Notes: a model not told the origin generated them from the letters alone. Positions 36,226-49,311 are shown, numbered from the stretch's first letter. The stretch: 64,000 nt of DNA from Camelus dromedarius (GCF_036321535.1 NC_087472.1:101372001-101436000), one strand, 5' to 3'. Numbers and translations are program-made.

Positions 36226-38464
36226 CTTTATTCTAGCATCTGCACCCTAAACCTGCTGCCACACACACCATTTCCTCTCATCTTGGAATATTCACTAACC
36301 ACACACATATCCAGATAGGTTGAAACAAGGGAGGGAGGGGTGCCCTTATCTTGCTTGTTGGGCCCAAGAGTTAGCATCTAACAGCAGCAGAGTGCCTGCC
36401 TGTGCTGGAGATGAGATGTGTGCATATCTGGTCTTTGCATATCTTGATTGTTATGATCCACTAACTTATTTCAAAGCAATTTGAGGCTGAGGAGAAGATA
36501 TAAATGTTGGTGTCCACTGGGTCAAGGGTTAAGTCAAAAGTAAAAGGTTAGTTGGCATTTTCCATTATACCAATATCAGTCTGGTCCATCTATTGGGACT
36601 TCTTTAAAAGGGTCTAAAAAGGACCAAAAAATTAGCAATTGGCTAAAAGATGGAATTGCAGATAGTGTTTTGTTTAGTTTGGCGGCTCCTACAGAGGAAG
36701 GTAATGGGATTCTGGAGAAATGGGCTAGCTAGATGATCAGGTGACAGAGGGGTAGCAGCAACCAGCAGAGGCCTTTCTCATGGTGATGCCGCCCACTGAA
36801 GAATTGATCAACTCATTCCTGATTCATATAGCGTTTCTTCTCCAGGGTACATGCTGATATACTCTTCATCTCACTGGGCTGATTTAATCATTATGTGTGC
36901 ACTCTAGAAATTAGTGCCATTTCCCTTACTCGTGCCTGAAATAGACATGTCAGACATTTATAACTCTCAGTCATTTTAATCTAGTCGTTTGCCCAAGTAT
37001 GTTCCTATTAGAGCCATTTTGCTGTGTTTGATACCATGAAGATGAACACATGTTCTGATCTTTTAAAAAATCTTTTAAATAGCAAAGGTATACTATGTTT
37101 CCCCCATTATAATAATTCAAAAGCAGCTGATTGAATCTTTCTCAACTGTTTACACAATCATAAAAATTTGACCCTTGAATTAAAATCAAATAAAAATATC
37201 CAGGGGATGTAATGCCTTGATATATAGAATATTTTTTGTCTCTAGAAAACTTCCACAGCTTTAATTCATTATATCCTCACAGTTTTTTTAATATTTAAAA
37301 GATGCCATAAGGTTGTGATATCAAATCATAAATAATAAAATAGTGTTCAATTTTGGTACATGCAGCATCACTTTGTTTCTCAATTTAGCATCAGTTCCTG
37401 CTAAATCATACCCATATTCATGCATTAATACTATCACATTTCCTAAGCCTACATATAAACAAACATAAAACCACTTTAACGTAGAAAATGTGCTTGGATT
37501 TATTCATATTTTGATTCCAAGCTTCTCTGTGCTCTTCAAACTTTGGGGTTTTGTTTCTGTTTTTGTCTCTCCCATTTTCTCATCATAAACTGAAAACCAC
37601 ATCCACTGACAACTTGATGCTCTTCCATCAGGTCTGCCTCTTTTGCAAGGGGCTGGCAATTTAAGAGGACCTGTCTTTTGATGAAGACAGTGCTGGGCTC
37701 ACCAGGAGTCCATTCATTTCTCAGATTGGGGACCTAAGGTACTGGTCTGCTTCCCCTTACAAAATAAAATTTCTCTAACACCTGATAATGGAGAGGAACT
37801 TAGTGCAAACAATGCTTACCAGGCACAAACATGGAGAGTTATGCTTCTCTGCTAGTGGTGTATCAACATAGAAGCTTAGCTGTGGTGGTTTTCCAGTGAT
37901 TTACTACCTAATGGGTGCAACTGAATTACTGTACACAAAGTCCATAATTAAAGGATACTGCAAGGCAGTGTTAAATGTCAGGGGCTACAATATAATTATG
38001 AACAAATAGTAAGCAATATCAACAGACCCTGCCATGTAACTTAATTTAAAAAAGTAATTTTGGATAGGACATGACAATTTAAGCTTTGCCAAGAAAGGGC
38101 AATACAAGAGCAACCCAACCATCAACTACTGGACTCAGTTTGTCAAAGGAAGGCTGTTTGAACAGTCAGAAAGTGCCAGATGTAGGTCTATATCCATGCC
38201 CGTAAATATGGAAATGCCTTTCTAGGAAAGGTGGGTCTTTATCTCAGTGAGACCCAAGTTCTTGGAGAAAGGGATGAGTGAGACCAATTGTCTTAGGGAA
38301 AAGTAGAGACCGCACCCTAAGCCCCACCTTTTGATTGGGGGTTTTCTACCTGGGAAGCTATGAGTTCCTGATGATTACAGCATCCTGTCTTAATCCAGAG
38401 GCAGAGGTCCTCTTAAATTGCCAGCACCTTGCAAAAGCCTTTATTCTGAATTTTCACAAATTAC

Positions 38465-38765
38465 TTTTCTTTTTTGAGGTCTAGCTTACAGGACAGGGCA
38501 CAGATATGGAGTGGTACAGTTCAGTGAATGTTTACCTAAGTCTACACCTGTGTGACCTCCATCAGATCAAGGTATAGAACATTTCCAGAGCCTCAGAAAG
38601 CTCACTCATGCCCCCCTCAGCCAGCACCCCAGGGTAAGCACTATTCTGACCTCTAGTGCCATAAAGTGGAATTGCTGGACCATAGGGTATATGCATGTTT
38701 AGCTTTAATAGGTACTGCCAAACCTTTTGTAAAAGTATTGAACCAATTTACAGTCCTAACCAATC
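38465..38765 (-). mobile_element. L1ME-like 3' region
   Basis: cagatcaaggtatagaacatttccagagcctcagaaagctcactcatgcccc; ggaattgctggaccatagggtatatgcatgtttagctttaatagg. Confidence 0.7.
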
Positions 38766-39689
38766 ACTTTTTGTCTGCCCAGATTTTCTGCTGTTGGCAG
38801 TGAAAATTCTCAATAGCACTTCTCTTGGTATTTGCTTGATCTAACCTGTGACAAGTTTTCATTACCCGCCCTGGGTTTTTAATGGTATACAAGCCAATAT
38901 GGCTGTCATTTGTCATTTGCTTGTGGTGGCAACTGCAGAATGAACAATATGGTGGCACACTATGATTTCACAGTTGTTGTGGGTGTTACTGTGGATTTTA
39001 CGGTAAGTCTCCGAAAGACAAAAGACAAAAGAAGGTCATGTTGGTAAATCTCAACAAATTTGACCTGTGGCACTACCTTATGAGAACCCAAAGCCTGAAC
39101 TATTTCTTCTGCCTCCCAGGCAAGGAGATGCACAATTCTCAAAGGTCCCCCAAGAGCTGTTTGGAAAACAGTGGATCTTAAAACCCAGAAGGAGTGTGAG
39201 AGGAACCCAGGGACTTTGCCAATGCAGTGTCATCATTCAGGCCCCAGTGGGAATCTAAACCAGCTGATGGTGTCTCTTTACATTTTTCCTTTTTTTTTTC
39301 AAAATTATAATTAGGTTTAAAATTTTGCATTTCAGCTTTTATTCGATTAGTCTTGGAAAAATGTGTACTTTTAAAGATCTGGGCACAGCTGACAGAGTGT
39401 GTGTGACACAAGTATTCTGTTTGGTATTCATGTCGTAGACTATTAGTGCCGTTTGTTTAGAATTTGGTTTTATTTTAAACTTTGCTTAGGAAAAAAGAGA
39501 GAGAGGAAAACACCAAGTGGCAGTTTATCTGATCTGCTTAAAATGTTGCATTTAATCTAATCCTTTTCCAGGGATTTAGAGATGAAATAAATATATAAAT
39601 GCCTACCGGAAAACACCTCAGCATTTTCTTGCCGACAGCCAAGCTAAGAATGCATGCCCAATGACAGGAAATGTCTGAGGATTGCTTTC

Positions 39690-40220
39690 TACACAGCCAG
39701 TGAGAGGGGACAATGGAGAGGGGAACGTAGATGAGGCAAGATCGGCCAAATAAGGTTAATTGTTCAAGCTGAGTAACGGGTGCAGGAGGTTCATCATACT
39801 TTTCTCTTGACACTTGGTGGGTTTGCATTTTTCATAATGAAAAAAATGTAAAATATATATCAACACTAACAAAAGCAGTGAAGTTAATAACAATATAGGA
39901 GTATAGAAGTATTGAAGAAACAGAATTTTTAAAAATAATTTATGGAAATAGGAACATGAACTGGCTTATAAGGAATAATGATCATGGTATTGTGGCTATG
40001 TTTTTTAAAATAATTCTTATCTTTTAGGGATACATCCTGAAATTTTTGTGGATTAGATGATAGATGTATGGGTTTTACTTCAAGATGATATAGGGAGAAG
40101 GGGAGGAAATGGGTGAGATTGGCCATGGGTGAATGGTTATTCCTGGATGACGGGGGCTTTGGGGGTTCATATCCTGCTTGAGCTACCTTTGTGTCCATTC
40201 AGAAATAAAGTAAAAAGTAA
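39690..40220 (+). mobile_element. Old L1 (L1MC/L1ME-like) 3' end fragments
   Basis: gatgaggcaagatcggccaaataaggttaattgttcaagctgagtaacgggtgcaggaggttcatcatac; a second similar unit at ~39970-40220. Confidence 0.6.
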
Positions 40221-40724
40221 CTTATGCATATGAATTCAAAGAAAACAGATTAGTACCATGCAATTGCAGATTTGTTTTTCTCTTACTCCTTAGGTTCTGA
40301 AAAGCTTAAATTGAAATGTTTTTATGAAACCAGCTATTGTATAAAACACCTCTGAAATTATTCTTTCATTTGGGGAACACATTAAAACCAATAAAAATTA
40401 AAAGTGCAAGTCCAAACAAAAAGGTAATTGTAAGGTTCAGATGAAATTGCCTTGTGGACTAACAAATTCCCATAGTTCAAAGCTTACTCCCAGTGCAAAG
40501 CTGCCTGGGGAGTCGGGCTTGTGGACTTCCGTGGAGTGGCCATCATATCACCAATTGGTGGCTGGATAGGGCAGGGGTAAGACACAGCTGCCAGATGTGC
40601 TTCCCCAACCCTGCCTCTTCTAGAAATTTATAGACCATTGTACAAGGAGTGACGTTTTCTGAACCGATATCAGAAGCTATAGTCTGGCAAAAGTATGGAC
40701 CCATATGGAGACTGGGACTGAACA

Positions 40725-40975
40725 TGGGGGCAGTATGTGCAGTGTTTAGGGACACTAGCTGAAGAGCCAGACTCCCTAGGTTTAAATCCAGGGCTGTGTG
40801 GCTTTGGATAAGTTACTTAACCTCTCTGTGCATCAGCTTCCTCATCTTTAAAACAGGAGTGATCATAGTGCTCCATCCCATGGAGTTATTGTGAGGCATA
40901 ACCAAGGTTAGGCTCTTAGGACAGCGCCTGTTACATAGTATGTGCTTCACAAGTGATAGGCATTGTTATCATTAT
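40725..40975 (+). mobile_element. MIR SINE
   Basis: gctgtgtggctttggataagttacttaacctctctgtgcatcagcttcctcatctttaaaacagg. Confidence 0.85.
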
Positions 40976-41668
40976 CTGTAAGCGGGTCAGTCTATCCTAA
41001 AACGTCCTTGAACTGTGATCTCTTTACCCATTGGACAGCTAACAACTATGCTTCCCATTCTTTTCACCCACAGACCCCCTAGCCAGAGGGGAAGGAATGC
41101 TTACTAAAAGGAACTCCAGGAGTATAGTCTGAAGAGGTCCTCTTGCAAGTACAGATCTCCTTAAAGTTTAATATTTTCGCTTAAAATCCCCATAGAGTTT
41201 TGCATCTTGCACCACAGTACAGCTATGTTTGTTTTATTATAGAAATAATGTGATCAACCCCATAATTTTTTTGCAGAATTAAGAGTTAAGAGAGATGCTT
41301 TGTGTTCAGCCCATGGCTTTCCTGATCCTCTGGATATGCCTCTTAATTTGAGAAGCTGAGGTATTTAGAGCCATTTGATATAGTGAATTTCCCAGATCCT
41401 CCTCCCAGACGTCTGGTGTACTTTCTACCAGCCTCTCCTTAATACTATCTTCCATCCTCTGAAGGGCATTTTTTACCTCATGGCCTTTTATGGTCAGGGT
41501 GCTGGATCACATCTCCTCCTGTCCTAGTTTTCATTGACTCCTCTGTGACTATTGACTTGGTCCTTTTAGAAACTCACTGAGTTGTTTTCTGGGACATCAC
41601 TGATTTCAGGATCTCTTTCTACTGCTCTGACAACTCCTTCTCCATCTCTTTTACAGGATCATCTTTTT

Positions 41669-43407
41669 ATTTTTATTTTTTATATTAATTTCTTATTGAA
41701 GGATAGTAGTTTACAATGTGTTAGTTTCAGGTGTATAGCAAAGTGATTCAGTTTTGAATATAAATATTATCAACAATATTTTCCAGATTCTTTTCCATTA
41801 TAGGTTATTACAAGATTTTGAATATAGTTACCTGTGCTATACAGTAGGTCCTTGTTGTTTATCTATTTTATATATAGTAATGTCTATCTGTTTATCCCAA
41901 ACTCCTAATTTATCCTTCCCTGCCCTTCCCCTTTTGGTAGTAATAAATTTGTTTTCTAGGTCTGTGAGTCTGTTTCTGGTTTGTAAACAAGTTCATTTTA
42001 TCATTTTTTTAAGTTTCCACATGTAAGTGTTATCATAGGATATTTGTCTTTCTTTGTCTTCACTTAATCTCTAGGTGGTGCATTCATGTTGCTGTAAATG
42101 GCATTATTTCATTCTTTTTATGGCTGAGTAGTATTCCATTGGGTATATATATATATATATATATAGACATAAAAGGAGAAATATTGTCTATTTTGTCTGA
42201 TATAAATATTGCTACTTCAGCTTTCTTTTGATTTCCATTTGTATGAAATACCTTCTTCCATCCCCTCACTTTCAGTCTGTACGTGTCTCTAGATCTGAGG
42301 TGAGTCTCTTGTCAGCAGCATATATATGGGTCTTGTTTTTGTATTCATCCAGCCACTCTGTGTCTTTTGGTTGGAGCACTTAGTCCATTTACATTTAAGG
42401 TAATAATTGATATATGTGTTCTTATTGCCATTTTGTTAATTGTTTTGGATTTGTTTTTGTAGGTTTTTTTTTCTTCTTTTGCTCTTTTCTCTTGTGATTT
42501 GATGACTATCTTTAGTGTCATGTTTGGATTCCTTTTTCTTTTTTGTGTGTATATCTTTATAGATTTTTGATTTGCAGTTACCATGAGGTTTTGGTATAGA
42601 AGTCTCTATATGTGATTGCTTTAAGTTGCTGATCTCTTAAGTTCAAATGTAGTTTAAATATCCTGCATTAGTACTTTCCCCCTCATCACAGTTACTGTTT
42701 TTTATGTCATATTTTACATCTAATTGTTTTGTGTAGCCCTTACTGCTTACTGTGGATACAGATGGTTTTACTACTTTTGTCTTTTAACCTCACTACTAGT
42801 TTGTGTGTGGATGATTTCCTACCTTTACTGTATGTTTGCCTTTACTGGTGAGCTTTTCCATTTTGTAACTTTCTTATTTCTAGTTGTGGCCTTTTCTTTT
42901 CTGCCTAGAGAATTTCCTTTACCATTTTTTGTAAAGCTGTTTTTGTTGTGCTAAATTCTTTTAGCTTTTACTTGTCTGTAAAGCTTTTGATTTCTCCATC
43001 AAGTCTGAATGACAGCCTTGCTGGGTAGAGTATTCTTGGTTGTGCGTTTTTCCCTTTCATCACTTTAAATATAAGTGTGCCACTCCCTTCCGGCCTGCAG
43101 AGTTTCTGCTGAAAAATCAGCTGACAGGCTTAGGGGCGTTCCCTTCTATGTTATTTGTTGCTATTCCTTTGTTGCTTTTAATATTCTCTCTTTATCTTTG
43201 ATTTTTGTCATTTTCATTACAGTGTGTCTTGGTGTGTTCCTCTTTGAGTTAATCCTGTATGGGGCTCTGCACTTCCTGAACTTAGATGAATGTTACATTT
43301 CCCAGGTTAGGGAAGTTTTCAGCTATTATCCCTTCAAATATTTTCTCAGATCTCTTTCTCTCTCTCTTCTCCTTCTGGGACCTGTATGATGCAAATATTA
43401 GTGCACT
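41669..43407 (-). mobile_element. Internally deleted L1 (ORF1 3' part and start of ORF2 endonuclease joined to the ORF2 C-terminus and 3' UTR); TSD at 41654-41668 and 43408-43422
   Basis: ORF track gives THISIITLNVNGLSAPTKRHRVA and RGWKKVFHTNGNQKKAEVAIFISDKID (endonuclease N-terminus) followed directly by ...SHKKNEIMPFTAT (ORF2 end); flanks caggatcatcttttt / caggatcgtcttttt. Confidence 0.88.
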
Positions 43408-43422
43408 CAGGATCGTCTTTTT

Positions 43423-45000
43423 CTCTTCAACCCCCAAATGTCATGCTTTCCAGGATAATAACATCAGCTCTGGATTTTTTTCATTCTACAGTCCTCCCAG
43501 GGTGACCTCACTAATACTCAAAGCCTCAGTTTCCACCTACAGAGAACATTCTGGTCTTTGCCTGCTCAATGTATCTTTTCTCCACCTTCTAGTACCAGAG
43601 TTTCTCTTTCCTAGAGGAACACATTTGTGGGTTTTCATGGAGCCGACCCTATCCTACCCATTGCCACAGGCTTGAGTTCATGACCCAGGCATGGCCAATC
43701 AGAATTCTCCAACTCTGGGTTACAGACCTTGGCTCAGAAAAAGACATGTAATCCCCAATGTACCACTCATATTCTTCACTGAGACTTTTGCACTGGAGCT
43801 ATCAGACCATACCAAATCCAAAACCAAAACATATCTCTGCTGAGTTGTTGAATGAATATATGTGAATTGACAACTTTGAGATTGCCAGGGGCCATCAAGC
43901 CCAAGAGAGTCTAAGAGAGTAAAAGAAAGAAATCTAATACTGTCATTTAAACTTCTGGATCCAGCAATGCTTGAAGCTGGAGAAACAAGCCTGAACTTTT
44001 TGGTGTCCTCAGCCAGTGAATTCCCTTATTATTGTTGTTGTTGTTGTCACTTACAACTACCCATATGCTGATGGCTCCCAAATCCACATCTGTGGCCAAG
44101 GCCTCTTTCCTGAACGACAGACTCATAGAAATAACATGCAATTAACCAACCCCCACACAGATGTCCCACAAGGACCTCTCAAACATAACATATTTTTTGC
44201 TAAATATGGCAACCCTACTCACACTATAAATTTATACTTATATAAATTTATATTTAAAATTTTCCACTAGAATGTAAACTATAAAGACAGAATCTTTGCT
44301 AATTTATTCATTGTTCTGTCTCTAGCACCTAGAGGAACACACACAGTAGATGTTCAATAAATATTTGTTGAATGAATTAATGAGTCAGCAAATGAATGAA
44401 ACCAAGGAATTTTCCTTGACTCCTTTCATAATATCATCTGCCATACTCAATCAATTACTAAGTTCTATAAATTTTAACTCACGAATATCTCAGATCTCAT
44501 ATCTGATCCCATCACTGCACCCCACTGCTTACTTCAAGGCCAAATTGCTTCTTACCTGGACAATGGGACATCTCTTAACTCTTATTCCTGCCTCCAGTTA
44601 CTCTCCACAGAATTACCAGGCTCTTTCTAAATTAGAGATCAGATACTATTGGGCCTATGCTTTAAATACGTCAGCAGTGTTAGAGTATTCTGGCTCAAAT
44701 TTTGGCCCCTGTCTCCCTTTCCAGACTCATCTCCTGGCTCTCTCTTCTTGTAGCTATTACCTAAGGAAGAGAGAATCACTTGGACCCCTCCAAATTTATT
44801 TGCACATTTTCTGCCTCTGTATCTTTGCCAATGCTGTGGTCTCCCATGCTCCCCTGTTCACCCTCTTGATTATCCTGCAAAATGTATGTCCTGTCCTTCA
44901 GAAAGTCTTCTCTGGTCTCTGTGTCCCCATTCTGTTTTTGAAGTCCCTCCTCTATGTTCACAAAGCTCCCTGTACACCCCTTTATCTACCAAAGTACTTA
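43423..45000 (+). mobile_element. Fragmented L2 (continues from ~41480-41653) interrupted by an MLT1 LTR at ~43565-44060
   Basis: tatgctgatggctcccaaatccacatctgtggccaaggcctctttcctgaac; L2 3' end gtagatgttcaataaatatttgttgaatgaat (44346-44380); MLT1 text catgacccaggcatggccaatcagaattctcc. Confidence 0.65.
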
Positions 45001-45014
45001 TGCAGCACAGACTA

Positions 45015-45295
45015 TTTTAGTGCTACCTAGCATCTATATTTTACTTTTTTCCTCTTGGGTGCACAGATGTACTACATTTCCCAGCCTTCTTTGCAGTTGA
45101 GGGTGGCCATGTGTCTGAGTCCTGACCAACAGGATGTGGGTGGAAGTGATGTGCACCACTTCCCATGAATGGGCCTGGCCCATTAAAACCTCTTGCATGT
45201 GGTCCTCCCTCTCTTTCCCTTCAGCTGAGCAGAGAGGACTGAGAACGTGTGGGAAGGATGAGCCTCAAGGTGGATAGAGTCACTGCACAGTTCTG
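45015..45295 (+). mobile_element. MaLR LTR fragment (MLT1J-like)
   Basis: actacatttcccagccttctttgcagttgagggtggccatgtgtctgagtcctgaccaacaggatgtgggtggaagtgatgtgcaccacttcc. Confidence 0.75.
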
Positions 45296-45299
45296 CATC

Positions 45300-45540
45300 T
45301 TTTGGGCCACCATGGGGTCAAAACTGGGAAATATAAGAGGAGAAAAAAAACCAAGAAATTCAACACAGTACTGACTTCTTCAAGTTTTGACTTCCCTACC
45401 CAATCTGTCTGCTATTATTTTATTTTTCAAGTCCCCAGTCTATTGTTATCATAGTTGTTTTTGTATCCTGTCTAGAGTTTTCAGTTGTAATCAGTGGGCT
45501 ACATCAGATAGGGTGTAGAGAGCTTATGCATCTTGGCCAG
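45300..45540 (-). mobile_element. Old L1 5'-end fragment
   Basis: ctgtctagagttttcagttgtaatcagtggg...gagcttatgcatcttggccag resembles the reverse complement of L1M 5' termini. Confidence 0.5.
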
Positions 45541-45891
45541 CAGCCTCTCCATCATCTTGTTTTTGTATCCAAATTCCTGTCTAAATACCTGGCTCATAGC
45601 AGGACCTTAACAATGGTTTGCTAGGTGGACTTCTTTTTAATTATCCAAATTCATAAAATCAGCTGTGGTTGCAACTATGCTTTTACCAGAACAACATTTC
45701 TTGTTCTCAGCTTTACAATTTATATAAGTATGAAAATGTTTGAAATGGTTCTCAGGAGAACTACAGACATGAATAAGGATGGAAAGTAGATGCTCCCAAA
45801 AGAGGTGACATTATGGTATTACTTAACTTTCCTAGTGAGAAGAATAAGTAGTGATAATTTTACATACAGATCTTCGAACTAATAAAGGAAA

Positions 45892-46056
45892 GGGGTAGGG
45901 TATAGCTCAGTGGTAGAGTGCATGCTCAACATGCACAAGGTCCTGGGTTCCATCCCCAGAATCCCCAGTAACAACATTAAAAATAAAAACTAACTAACTA
46001 ACTAACTAAATAAATAAATAAATAAACCTAATGACCCCCCCCCCCCAATTTTTCCT
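45892..46056 (+). mobile_element. tRNA-derived SINE (camelid-type)
   Basis: ggggtagggtatagctcagtggtagagtgcatgctcaacatgcacaaggtcctgggttccatcccca with A box TAGCTCAGTGG and B box GGTTCCATCC; (TAAC)n(TAAA)n tail and C-run; degenerate TSD aactaataaaggaaa / aattactaaaggaag. Confidence 0.88.
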
Positions 46057-46374
46057 AATTACTAAAGGAAGGAAATTTGCAGATCACTCTTGTAAACTGA
46101 CTGTGGCTGGTTTGTTGTAGCTTAGATATGTATAGTAGGTAGAGGTAAGAAATCGATGTTCATATGTATGCACACATTGAGAATCTAATTTGTAAATTTT
46201 TGATTCCCTAAACAATAACATTTATAACTCTTTATTGGTGTTTATTATAAACAGATATATCACTCAGTTAACACATATTTATTAAGACCTCCTATATGCA
46301 ATATTCAATGAGGGTTAAAAGAAGTATAAGAAAGAACTCTTGTTTAAAAGAATAGTGAGAAAGTCCCAGTGATG

Positions 46375-46560
46375 AGAATTTTCATTTTACTCTTCTTACG
46401 TAATATTTTCCCAATGAAGTAGGTTTTAGTCCCATTTGACAGAGTCTACAGAGGCTCAGAAAGTTTGAGGAATCTGTTCCTGATCACATGATAATGGCAG
46501 AATTGAATCATCCACGCAGGTCTTCTGGTTCCAATTTCTGTTCCTTGTCATTATACCTCA
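46375..46560 (-). mobile_element. MIR SINE fragment
   Basis: gtcccatttgacagagtctacagaggctcagaaagtttgaggaatctgttcctgatcacatg. Confidence 0.6.
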
Positions 46561-47079
46561 GTCTAACTAGAAAATAAAACATCCCATCCACAAACAGCTG
46601 TCCAACGTTTCATTCCTGGCTATGATAAATGCCAGCGGAATGGTCAAATGGAGCAGGGAGCACGCTTCCCTGCCTTCCCTCCCTAACTCTTGTTGAGGAA
46701 GGCCACATTCTACAAAGGGCACTGTTGACCTGAGTGGTTCACTTTGAGAACTAAACTCGTAGCTGCAAATGTTCTTACCATCCTGATGAGGTTGTTTTAT
46801 TCAGGACATAATAAATAAAGAACACCAAAAAAAAAAAAAAAAAAAACCTGAGCGAATACCTGAGCCCAAACTGTGAGAACTAGACATCTTTAAGAAAAAT
46901 TCTGTATATAGCAAACTACAAATAGTACACGAGGTGATTCCATATTCACTTTCAGTCATTCTTCACCAAGGAACTGTGGAAAACTTTAGGTAATCATTTT
47001 TTTTCCTTGTAAGTAATTATGTGTATTTTAAAAATTTAGATGTCTAATTAAAGATGTGCCAAAAGAAAACTAATCTAAA

Positions 47080-47260
47080 GTGAAAGTCAGGAAATGGAGG
47101 ATTACTTGGAAAGGGGCATGAGGAACTTATTTTGGGGTGATGGAAATCTTCTATAGCTTGTTTTCAGTGATGAGTACTCAAATGTCTATAATTCATAGGA
47201 AAAGAACCCTTAAGATGTGTGTATTTTATTTTACTTAATTATACTTCAATGTTTTTAATG
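47080..47260 (+). mobile_element. L1ME-like 3' end
   Basis: ggaaaggggcatgaggaacttattttggggtgatggaaatcttctatagcttg. Confidence 0.7.
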
Positions 47261-49311
47261 TAGAAAAGAGTATACCAGTATCTCAAAATTCTTTTGAGGG
47301 TATGTTAGCAAAAAATGTGATAACCATTGTTCTAGGGATACATGGAGCACATCTCTTGTTTTTCAAGATTCTTACCCTTTCTTTAGATTTCTCAGAACCA
47401 TGTAGCTTGACTATGAGGTAAAGTGATCAATAATATATCACATTATTTATGTTTTTGATTATGAGCTTTAGTGTTTTTCTCACAGCCACTTTGGAATTTT
47501 ATGCCTAAGAACATTCTCCAACAGAATAGAAGAGAAGGATGGGGAGTAAAATTAACTAGGGAAAAGGTTACTCTTCAAATAATTTGGTCAATGAATGTAT
47601 CTTTCTGTTTGTCTTTGTAATTGCTGCCCCCAGGACCTCATTTTTTGAAAATAATGTAGTGGTTGAAGTAACTTTTCTTGTGAATGGAGTCCCCAAATTG
47701 ATAATCTAGTTTTAAAGAATTGCTCTTGAATTCTGTAGGAATTTAGAAAGGAAAATGCATGAATCTCATGAATCAATGAACGATGATGCCCCAGGTCATG
47801 CTGAGTGGAGACGCTCAGTACTGACAATTTTATCCCTGTCCTGGCCCTGGTTATCATTTCTCTGCAACCCGCTGATTCAGCTTGGCCATAAAACTTTAAT
47901 AAGCAGTGGAATCTTTTTGCAAAGAGGGCATGAAGCCGCAGGCTTCTTTAATCTTCTGGCACTGTGGCAACAAGTGACAAGGTGGCCTGTGCTTCTGTGA
48001 ATAATATTCCCGTCTCATGGGCTCCTCTCACCTATGCTACATGACTTCAAGAGATTGTGTTAGTCCGCCTTATTTTCTGTATCTGGTCTCTGCTCTCAAA
48101 GGGCACCTGATTGTTCTCCTTGTGCTTGAGATAGTCTTTGGGCTTTCAGAACTGTGAGCCAAACTGTAAGTTCTGCTGAGCTGCAGGGATCAAGAGTTTG
48201 GGTTTTTCTTCCTTTCTATATAAGATCTTTGGCTGTAATGACTGGAGCTGAAATGGTTCTTTGGCATCAAGGGACAGCAGTTCCTTCATTTTCCTTCTTT
48301 TCAGGTGGGGCAATAATAGCAGGAATGAAGAGATAATGGGCTCACTTAGCACAGTCTGAATACTAATCTTTCCTCAGGGCCAGCAAGGGAAACACCTCTT
48401 GTTTAAGAGTTCGATATCTTGCACTCATCCTCAGAAACAACTTCTTCGCCAGTGTCAGTACTTAAGGATGTAGAGTCCTCCAGGTCATTTTTTCCCCACT
48501 TCCATCACCTTTTGTCACTTCTGTTCCATATTTTTCCGCTTATTTGATTTGTATTAGCAGCTTCTCCTTTTATTCCAGCACTTAACTGTCTAATACTGAC
48601 TCCTTAGAAATCCACAAGTCATCCCGAGTGCCTGAAATGATGCAGGACTATCTCCCTCTCTAGGATTTCTGCGTGTATGTGGTAAGGTCAGCAACTTGGG
48701 GATACCAGCCTCTTTGGTTCTTTTCCCTGGTGTTGGAACTTTCCTTTGCACATTGCTTCAGTTGGTCTTAGCTTGGAATATCCACGGTGTGGCCCTGGAG
48801 TGGTGGTGACAAGATTCCTTCTTAGCTTATCATAGGGAGGACTTGGATATTTCACAGAGAAGCGCTAATGTCCCAGTAGTTCTCCCGAGAGCTCCACTGC
48901 AGGATGCCTGAGGCTGCTTCACCAGGACACGCTGGCCTGGATAATGCCTGAGCACTCGAACAGTGCACATTTCACCTTTGTACCTGCCACCTGCAAAATC
49001 TTCAGAAGCGGCAGTTCTATTGTACCTGCTGTACACAAAACTCAATCTGATTTGATCAGGATAGAACCAGCAAGAGAGAGAACTATCAGCTGCTTAGCCC
49101 TGGGTGGAGGTAGAGAATGATGTTATTTTGCCACTGAGGAAACTGCAGTCCATTGACCCAAAAGTCTAGCTGCTCCAGGGGTTGCTGCGCCTCCGCTGAA
49201 TCTGGAGGGCGTCTGTCACAGGTCCACAGGCTTCAGGAGTATTTCCAAACAGAGAATAGCTGAGTAGTTTTAAGAGACATTTCTTCCCTGAGACAATCTC
49301 TGTGCTCTTCT

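Noticed and set aside
44350..45030. Longest ORF (226 aa, +)
   Set aside because: Starts in an L2 3' terminus (MFNKYLLNE is the translated L2 tail) and lies in L2 sequence; Leu/Ser-rich with no recognisable domain.
45892..45970. tRNA-Ala gene
   Set aside because: Altered anticodon and acceptor regions, an A-rich tail and a TSD identify it as a SINE head.
46827..46846. A20 run as a retrocopy tail
   Set aside because: An aataaa lies just upstream, but I could not identify a body or TSD; treated as a simple homopolymer.
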